32,000 bases of DNA from Nonlabens ponticola (GTDB lineage Bacteria; Bacteroidota; Bacteroidia; Flavobacteriales; Flavobacteriaceae): positions 1,050,001 to 1,082,000 of the forward strand of contig NZ_CP034549.1 in NCBI RefSeq assembly GCF_003966335.1, given 5' to 3'. Position numbers and translations under genes: made by a program. Each line of letters starts with the position of its first letter. The stretch's first letter is position 1. This document shows positions 26,979-32,000 of the stretch, in pieces. The notes beneath the pieces are model-generated. The model was not told the origin of the DNA. It did not search any database and saw nothing but the letters and a program-made list of their open reading frames with translations.

Positions 26979-28037
26979 CTAGAGACGCGAAGCGCCATGA
27001 CCTAGTTGGTCACAAATATAATGTTCCTTCTGACAATAGGACGCTAATTTACTCTTAATCAATTCATCAACCTGATCTGCATACTCATCTGGATATAGCA
27101 TGTGTACGTTGGCACCTGCATCCAGTGTAAAACAAACAGGAACGCCGGTCTCCTTTCGGTAGGCCCAAATTTCCTCGATGATTGACAAGGTGTTAGGTTT
27201 CATCAGTATAAAGTAAGGATGAGAGGTCATCATCATGCTGTGCAAAGTCAAAGCTTCACTTTCCGTGATTTTAATAAAACTGTCATAGTCACCATCTTTC
27301 AAGGCTTTCTTAATACTGGTCAAGTTGTCGTGGGCTTGATGGAATCTCGCTTTCGCGAAAGCGTGCCCGTTCATCAGCTCATGACCTACCGTTGAGCTTA
27401 CCGTCTTCTCGCCCTTGTCCACTAACAAGATGGTATCACGGTAGTTCTCAAAATTCTCGTGTAGCAAATTCTCAACGTTCACCCCATAAAGATTGCTGCT
27501 GTCTGGCGTTTGCTCATGCTCGCCCCAAACCACCAACTGACCATCCAGACTGCGGCACGCACTACCAGAGCCTAACCTTGCTAGAAAGCTGGCTTTGGCT
27601 TTATCATGTTTTCCTCCTGTAAGCTGCTGCTCAAAGTCCATCAAGCAACTTGCCATCGCCGCCATGCTGCTCGCACTGCTGGCAATACCACTACTGTGTG
27701 GGAACGTATTTAATGTATCAATCTCAAACTTATAATTCTTGATCCATGGGCAATAAGGCGTAATGCGCTCAAAAAATTCGGCGATTTTAGGTTCAAAACT
27801 GGGCTTAGGCTCACCTTCATAAGAAATATGGAAACCATGCTGATCTGCTAGAGTTGCTTTGATACTCGTTTCTGTATGACAATTGTTAAGCGTGAAACTA
27901 ATCGACGGATTTGCTGGCAATTGCATACCATGCTTGCCCCAATATTTGACCAGCGCAATATTGGATGGCGCCTGCCATTTGGTCTTTAGTTTGTCTGCTA
28001 GTTGGATATCAGCTGTTAGGTGAAATTGTTGAGCCAC
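26979..28037 (-). CDS. mvaD: Diphosphomevalonate decarboxylase
   Basis: N-terminal APSNIALVKYWGK and GHMP motif FPHSSGIASSASS. The GTG start is 18 nt downstream of a TATCTTTG box. It contains palindrome copy 10. Confidence 0.9.
   Translation of the reverse strand: MAQQFHLTADIQLADKLKTKWQAPSNIALVKYWGKHGMQLPANPSISFTLNNCHTETSIKATLADQHGFHISYEGEPKPSFEPKIAEFFERITPYCPWIKNYKFEIDTLNTFPHSSGIASSASSMAAMASCLMDFEQQLTGGKHDKAKASFLARLGSGSACRSLDGQLVVWGEHEQTPDSSNLYGVNVENLLHENFENYRDTILLVDKGEKTVSSTVGHELMNGHAFAKARFHQAHDNLTSIKKALKDGDYDSFIKITESEALTLHSMMMTSHPYFILMKPNTLSIIEEIWAYRKETGVPVCFTLDAGANVHMLYPDEYADQVDELIKSKLASYCQKEHYICDQLGHGASRL
27348..27363. repeat. Iterated palindrome copy 10, 16-nt CGCTTTCGCGAAAGCG
   Basis: Exact 16-mer inside the diphosphomevalonate decarboxylase gene, read as AFAK (HAFAKA). 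Confidence 0.97.
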
Positions 28038-28054
28038 TCATCAAGATTTGTGAG

Positions 28055-28062
28055 CAAAGATA
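28055..28062 (-). promoter_or_regulatory. -7 box (TAnnTTTG) for the mevalonate operon
   Basis: The minus strand reads TATCTTTG, 18 nt before the GTG start at 28037. Confidence 0.45.
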
Positions 28063-28112
28063 AAGGATTGCCGTATGCTGATATAAAGTTTTTGCGTGAG
28101 CACAAAGCATGC

Positions 28113-29366
28113 TTACATACCTGTACGTATCGCCTCAACAGGATCCAGTCGAGATGCAGAAATAGCAGGAATAATACCGGCGATCAAACCAATGATTGCA
28201 CTAATACTTGTTCCTAGAACAATGTTATCCCACGATAGGATAAATTCAAAATCTTCAGTAAACGAGGAAGCGATCACCGTTCCTAACCAGACAAACAGTA
28301 ATCCAAATAGTCCACCAAACAGTGCTAGAATGATAGCCTCAAATAAAAATTGAGATAGGATAAATTTGTTTTTGGCGCCTAATGATTTTTGTATGCCTAT
28401 GAGATTTGTTCTTTCCTTTACACTCACAAACATGATGTTGGCAATTCCAAAACCACCAACAAGCATCGAGAAACCAGAAATAATAATACCGATAAATGTC
28501 AATGTCGATGTGATCTGATCGATGAAGTCTGCAAATCCTTTTAATGGATTTGTAAAAAACGTGTTGATATCATCACCTTTGAGTCCACGTGCAGTGCGCA
28601 ATCGCTGTTCCATAGCTGCGATAAATTGATCTTGATCTGCGCCGGGCTTAGGCTTCATGATCAAGGCACTTGTCGTAAAACTATTATTTGTATTGTAAAT
28701 CCTGCGGACAAAATTCACCGGAACGTACGCAGACTCATCTTTATTAGGTCCAATAGTGCTAGCTCCAGCCTTTTCTAATACGCCAATGACGGTAAAACGA
28801 TTGCCAAACAATCTCACACGTTTACCTATAGGATCAATGCCTTCAAATAAACTTTGTGCTACTTCATATCCTATGACTACGACTGGTGCACCGCTGGCGT
28901 CTTCATTTTCATTAAAGAAGCGACCACTACTTAGTTTGAGTTTTTCTAATTCATAATAGTCAGTAGTTCCAGGTATGATATTGATACCTACCGCTGTTTT
29001 GTCATCATACTTGATGTTTTCTGGAGCAGTAAATATCGTGTAGGTAATCGCTCCCAGATCAGGTAAGGATCGTTTGAGCATCTCATACTCTTCATAGCTT
29101 ACATTAGGGAAATTCTGGTATTGGTAAGGTTCTAGTTCTGTAGGGCCAAAGGAAATCTTTAAAACATAGATCGTAGAAATATCTAAAGAACTAAGGCCAT
29201 CTTTAATCTCACTTTCTAGACTATCAATTGCAGCGAGTACACCAATAATGGCAAAGATACCTATGGTGACACCTAGTAAGGATAAAAAAGTACGCAGCAA
29301 GTTATTGCGCAAGGCATTCACTGCAAAAAAGAAGCTTTCTTTAAGTACTCTTAGATATATGAGCAT
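28113..29366 (-). CDS. ABC transporter permease, MacB/FtsX family
   Basis: N-terminal TM helix, a large periplasmic MacB_PCD-like domain and a C-terminal FtsX 3-helix bundle. 417 aa. Confidence 0.85.
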   Translation of the reverse strand: MLIYLRVLKESFFFAVNALRNNLLRTFLSLLGVTIGIFAIIGVLAAIDSLESEIKDGLSSLDISTIYVLKISFGPTELEPYQYQNFPNVSYEEYEMLKRSLPDLGAITYTIFTAPENIKYDDKTAVGINIIPGTTDYYELEKLKLSSGRFFNENEDASGAPVVVIGYEVAQSLFEGIDPIGKRVRLFGNRFTVIGVLEKAGASTIGPNKDESAYVPVNFVRRIYNTNNSFTTSALIMKPKPGADQDQFIAAMEQRLRTARGLKGDDINTFFTNPLKGFADFIDQITSTLTFIGIIISGFSMLVGGFGIANIMFVSVKERTNLIGIQKSLGAKNKFILSQFLFEAIILALFGGLFGLLFVWLGTVIASSFTEDFEFILSWDNIVLGTSISAIIGLIAGIIPAISASRLDPVEAIRTGM

Positions 29367-29431
29367 GAATTGATGCTTACTTAAGATTGGTTTTCATAAG
29401 GTTTGACTCTTATGAGCTTATAACGTTACAC

Positions 29432-29439
29432 CAAATATA
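29432..29439 (-). promoter_or_regulatory. -7 box (TAnnTTTG) for the MacB/FtsX permease gene
   Basis: The minus strand reads TATATTTG, 66 nt before the ATG. Confidence 0.35.
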
Positions 29440-29486
29440 GATTTTTTGAATTCGCGTTTGTGTGTTGGCATATTTTTTGGAAAACA

Positions 29487-29494
29487 TACCTTTG
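29487..29494 (+). promoter_or_regulatory. -7 box (TAnnTTTG) for the lipoprotein gene
   Basis: TACCTTTG, 15 nt before ATG 29509. Confidence 0.45.
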
Positions 29495-29508
29495 AAAAAA
29501 GCTACAAA

Positions 29509-30078
29509 ATGAAAAGATTTAAAATATTAGGACTTCTATTACTAACAATAGGAGCAGTATCATGTGAGTCAGATGACGATTTGCCAGAAGTTCAAGAAAT
29601 TGATCCTATCGTGATCACTTCAGATTCTAAGTTCAATGCTGGTGATGATGAATATGAAATTACAGGTGGTGTCGTGTCAAATGTTGCAACAAATGAAGGT
29701 GACCGATTTACACAACTCATATTTTTAGGCGATGGTCTGGAGTTCAATAGATTTGGGATTCAAGGTCGCGGTCCATTGGCACAGTTAGTGATTTATAATG
29801 ATATCAACGTGAGCAACATTGCCGGTACTTATGAATTAAGTTCTACTGCGGCAACTGGAACTGCGGTGATCGTGTATTCTGAGGATTTCAATGTAAACGG
29901 TAGTCAAGATGCAGACGGTCGTGCTACATCAGGAACTGTAATCATTGAACGAGTTGGTGAAAACCAGTACATCGTTAATGTTGAGGATGGAGAGACTGAA
30001 GGTGAGGACGCAGATGATGACGATGACAATGAAAGTTTTGATCTATTCTTTGATGGTGAAGTTTACGTGGTGAACTAA
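29509..30078 (+). CDS. Hypothetical lipoprotein with an acidic C-terminal region
   Basis: Lipobox MKRFKILGLLLLTIGAVSCES from ATG 29509. A TACCTTTG box at 29487-29494 lies inside the longer track ORF, so the 29446 start is rejected. A strong terminator follows. Confidence 0.6.
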   Translation: MKRFKILGLLLLTIGAVSCESDDDLPEVQEIDPIVITSDSKFNAGDDEYEITGGVVSNVATNEGDRFTQLIFLGDGLEFNRFGIQGRGPLAQLVIYNDINVSNIAGTYELSSTAATGTAVIVYSEDFNVNGSQDADGRATSGTVIIERVGENQYIVNVEDGETEGEDADDDDDNESFDLFFDGEVYVVN

Positions 30079-30100
30079 TCTATCTTCTTTAAGACTTATA

Positions 30101-30132
30101 AAAAATCCCGATCACTAGATCGGGATTTTTTT
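30101..30132 (+). terminator. Rho-independent terminator after the lipoprotein gene
   Basis: AAAAATCCCGATC-acta-GATCGGGATTTTT followed by a T run. It lies 23 nt after the stop. Confidence 0.8.
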
Positions 30133-30236
30133 ATGTTCAAACATGGTGTAAAAGATCATTTATAAGGTAGGTAGTTGTGCAAGGATAACGTTGCACATGA
30201 GTTATTTTTAAATCTTTAAAAATCTACCCGATATCC

Positions 30237-31784
30237 ATGAGCAATATCAAAGCAAAATCCGCATTAATTTCAGTATTTCACAAAGATGGTCTAGAGCCTA
30301 TTGTTAAGAAAATGAATGATTTAGGAATCACTATTTACTCTACTGGTGGTACTGAAAAGTTTATCACAGATCTAGGAATTCCCGTAACTCCTGTTGAAGA
30401 CGTGACCTCTTATCCATCCATTTTAGGCGGCCGAGTGAAGACATTGCACCCTAAAGTTTTTGGCGGTATTCTTAATCGTCGCGATCATGATGGAGACAAA
30501 GAACAGCTAACGGAATATGATATACCACAAATTGATATCGTCATCGTTGATTTGTATCCATTTGAAGATACCGTTGCGAGCGGTGCTAGTGAGCAAGATA
30601 TTATTGAGAAAATTGACATAGGTGGTATTTCGCTCATAAGAGCAGCCGCCAAAAATTTTAAGGACACACTCTGCGTAGCTACCATGCAGGACTATGGCAA
30701 ATTGCTGGATGTGCTAGAAAAAGGTTCTGGATCAACAACGCTGGATCAGCGCAAGGAATTTGCAACCACTGCCTTCAATGTGAGCTCCCATTATGACAGC
30801 GCGATTTATGAATACTACGCTGGTGACGCATTGGACAAATCTCTCAAGATAAGCGAGACCCATGTCATGCCACTGCGCTATGGTGAGAATCCGCATCAGA
30901 AAGGCTGGTTCTACGGTGATTTTGATCAGATGTTTATCAAGCATCATGGTAAAGCACTTTCTTATAACAACCTGCTAGATGTTGATGCTGCAGTAAATCT
31001 CATGAGCGAGTTTGTAAATGAGGCGCCAACTTTCGCCATATTTAAGCACAACAATGCTTGCGGCATAGCTCAACGTGAAACTATTGAACAGGCCTACGTA
31101 GATGCTTTGGCTGGTGATCCGGTGTCTGCTTTTGGCGGGATTTTGATAGCTAATACGGCTATAGATGCTGCGACTGCTAGCAAGATTCATGAGTTATTTT
31201 GCGAGGTTGTCATTGCGCCATCCTTCAACCCAGATGCATTGGAGATTTTAAAGGGCAAGAAAAATAGAATTATGCTGGAGCTTGTTGATGGTGCGCTTTC
31301 GCGAAAGCGTAACAACCCAACACCAGAGGTGCGATCATCGCTTAACGGCTATCTAGTTCAAGATCCTAACTTAAAAACAGACACCGTTGCAGATTTATCT
31401 ACCGCTACTGACTTAGAGCCGACTGCTGAGCAAGTAGAAGATTTATTATTTGCTTCTAAAATTTGTAAGCATACTAAATCAAATACTATCGTGCTGGTCA
31501 AGGATAAGCAATTGTGCGCCAGTGGTACTGGACAAACTTCTAGGGTTGATGCCTTGAATCAAGCGATTCATAAGGCAGAATCTTTTAAGTTTGATTTGCA
31601 AGGTGCTGTCATGGCAAGTGATGCATTTTTCCCATTTCCAGACTGTGTAGAGATAGCTGATAATGCAGGAATAAAAGCCGTAATCCAGCCAGGTGGATCT
31701 ATTAAAGATCAACTTTCTATTGATTATTGTAATAAAAACGGTCTAGCGATGGTTTTTACAGGTACAAGACACTTTAAACACTAG
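30237..31784 (+). CDS. purH: Bifunctional AICAR transformylase / IMP cyclohydrolase
   Basis: N-terminal MGS-like IMPCH domain (ALISVFHKDGL, STGGT) and a C-terminal AICARFT domain ending GTRHFKH. 515 aa. It contains palindrome copy 11. Confidence 0.95.
   Translation: MSNIKAKSALISVFHKDGLEPIVKKMNDLGITIYSTGGTEKFITDLGIPVTPVEDVTSYPSILGGRVKTLHPKVFGGILNRRDHDGDKEQLTEYDIPQIDIVIVDLYPFEDTVASGASEQDIIEKIDIGGISLIRAAAKNFKDTLCVATMQDYGKLLDVLEKGSGSTTLDQRKEFATTAFNVSSHYDSAIYEYYAGDALDKSLKISETHVMPLRYGENPHQKGWFYGDFDQMFIKHHGKALSYNNLLDVDAAVNLMSEFVNEAPTFAIFKHNNACGIAQRETIEQAYVDALAGDPVSAFGGILIANTAIDAATASKIHELFCEVVIAPSFNPDALEILKGKKNRIMLELVDGALSRKRNNPTPEVRSSLNGYLVQDPNLKTDTVADLSTATDLEPTAEQVEDLLFASKICKHTKSNTIVLVKDKQLCASGTGQTSRVDALNQAIHKAESFKFDLQGAVMASDAFFPFPDCVEIADNAGIKAVIQPGGSIKDQLSIDYCNKNGLAMVFTGTRHFKH
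31294..31309. repeat. Iterated palindrome copy 11, 16-nt CGCTTTCGCGAAAGCG
   Basis: Exact 16-mer inside purH, read as LSRK (ALSRKR). Confidence 0.97.
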
Positions 31785-31791
31785 AATTGTT

Positions 31792-31799
31792 TAGTTTTG
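31792..31799 (+). promoter_or_regulatory. -7 box (TAnnTTTG) for mreB
   Basis: TAGTTTTG, 38 nt before the ATG. Confidence 0.4.
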
Positions 31800-31836
31800 C
31801 AATACCCTAATTACTAACGTTTTTCCGCTCAATTTT

Positions 31837-32000
31837 ATGGGATTTTTTGATTTCCTCACAGAAGATATTGCCATCGACCTAGGTACGGCAAATACACTTA
31901 TCGTGCATAATGGCAAGGTCGTCGTTGACAGTCCATCCATTGTTGCTCGCGATCGTACCACAGGCAAGATTATCGCTGTCGGGACTGAAGCGGCGATGAT
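31837..32000 (+). CDS. mreB: Rod shape-determining protein MreB, N-terminal fragment (runs off the window)
   Basis: ATG 31837 gives [37 protein letters not shown], the canonical MreB N-terminus. A TAGTTTTG box lies 38 nt upstream. Confidence 0.9.
   Translation, partial: MGFFDFLTEDIAIDLGTANTLIVHNGKVVVDSPSIVARDRTTGKIIAVGTEAAM

Noticed and set aside
30079-30236. Possible riboswitch (ZTP/pfl or purine type) in the purH leader, including a 7-bp hairpin TGTGCAA-N8-TTGCACA at 30176-30197
   Set aside because: I could not find the conserved ZTP or purine riboswitch core sequences. The remaining hairpin is short and AT-rich. The first part of the spacer is explained by the terminator at 30101-30132.
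1081-30375. Apparent excess of GATCTAG/CTAGATC (at least 18 copies by eye, against about 4 expected from base composition), and a general lack of CTAG avoidance
   Set aside because: Every plus-strand copy I checked in a plus-strand gene is in frame as GAT-CTA-Gnn (Asp-Leu-Gly/Glu/Asp). The excess is therefore explained by codon and codon-pair usage (CTA Leu codon) rather than by a dispersed element. The counts were made by eye and need a proper k-mer analysis.

Overview
This 32-kb chromosomal segment has the hallmarks of a Flavobacteriaceae (Bacteroidota) genome: a T9SS C-terminal sorting domain, TAnnTTTG -7 promoter boxes, a deoxyhypusine-synthase-like polyamine gene and mevalonate-pathway genes. 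It is about 93% coding, with about 30 genes and no rRNA, tRNA, CRISPR array, transposase or integrase that I can see. In order, the genes are: aroA (3' end), queA, a T9SS-sorted S1 protease, rlmN, a long-chain polyprenyl-PP synthase, der, a large OM beta-barrel protein and a MORN-variant protein. Next is a tightly packed 4-gene envelope glycosylation operon: small GT2, processive membrane GT2, a GT-C-like membrane protein and a PG-binding protein. On the minus strand follow a secreted protein, a GNAT/CN-hydrolase fusion and a lipoprotein, then a speA-speB-DHS-like polyamine operon. After these come an RluB-like pseudouridine synthase, a Zn-ribbon/CarboxypepD_reg gene split by one in-frame TAG, nitrilase coupled to a UbiA prenyltransferase, and a GHMP kinase plus diphosphomevalonate decarboxylase. 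The window ends with a MacB/FtsX permease, a lipoprotein, purH and the start of mreB. The stand-out signal is not a gene. A perfect palindrome, GCTTTCGCGAAAGC (core CTTTCGCGAAAG, NruI-type TCGCGA centre), occurs 11 times. Copies are dispersed about every 3 kb. Four are intergenic, just 3' of genes, with arms extended to as much as 24 nt. Seven lie inside unrelated ORFs, in all three reading frames, without breaking them (AFAK, LSRK or FRES peptides). This resembles a HIP1-like hyper-iterated palindrome, or a dense protein- or methylase-recognition site, and I do not know of a described equivalent. Secondary oddities: an RluB-like protein with catalytic GRLD changed to GRLG plus an RGG-like tail; a 6/12-nt degenerate tandem repeat in its upstream region; a polyprenyl synthase whose conserved N-terminus lacks a canonical start codon; and a UbiA-nitrilase TAATG coupling next to the mevalonate genes.
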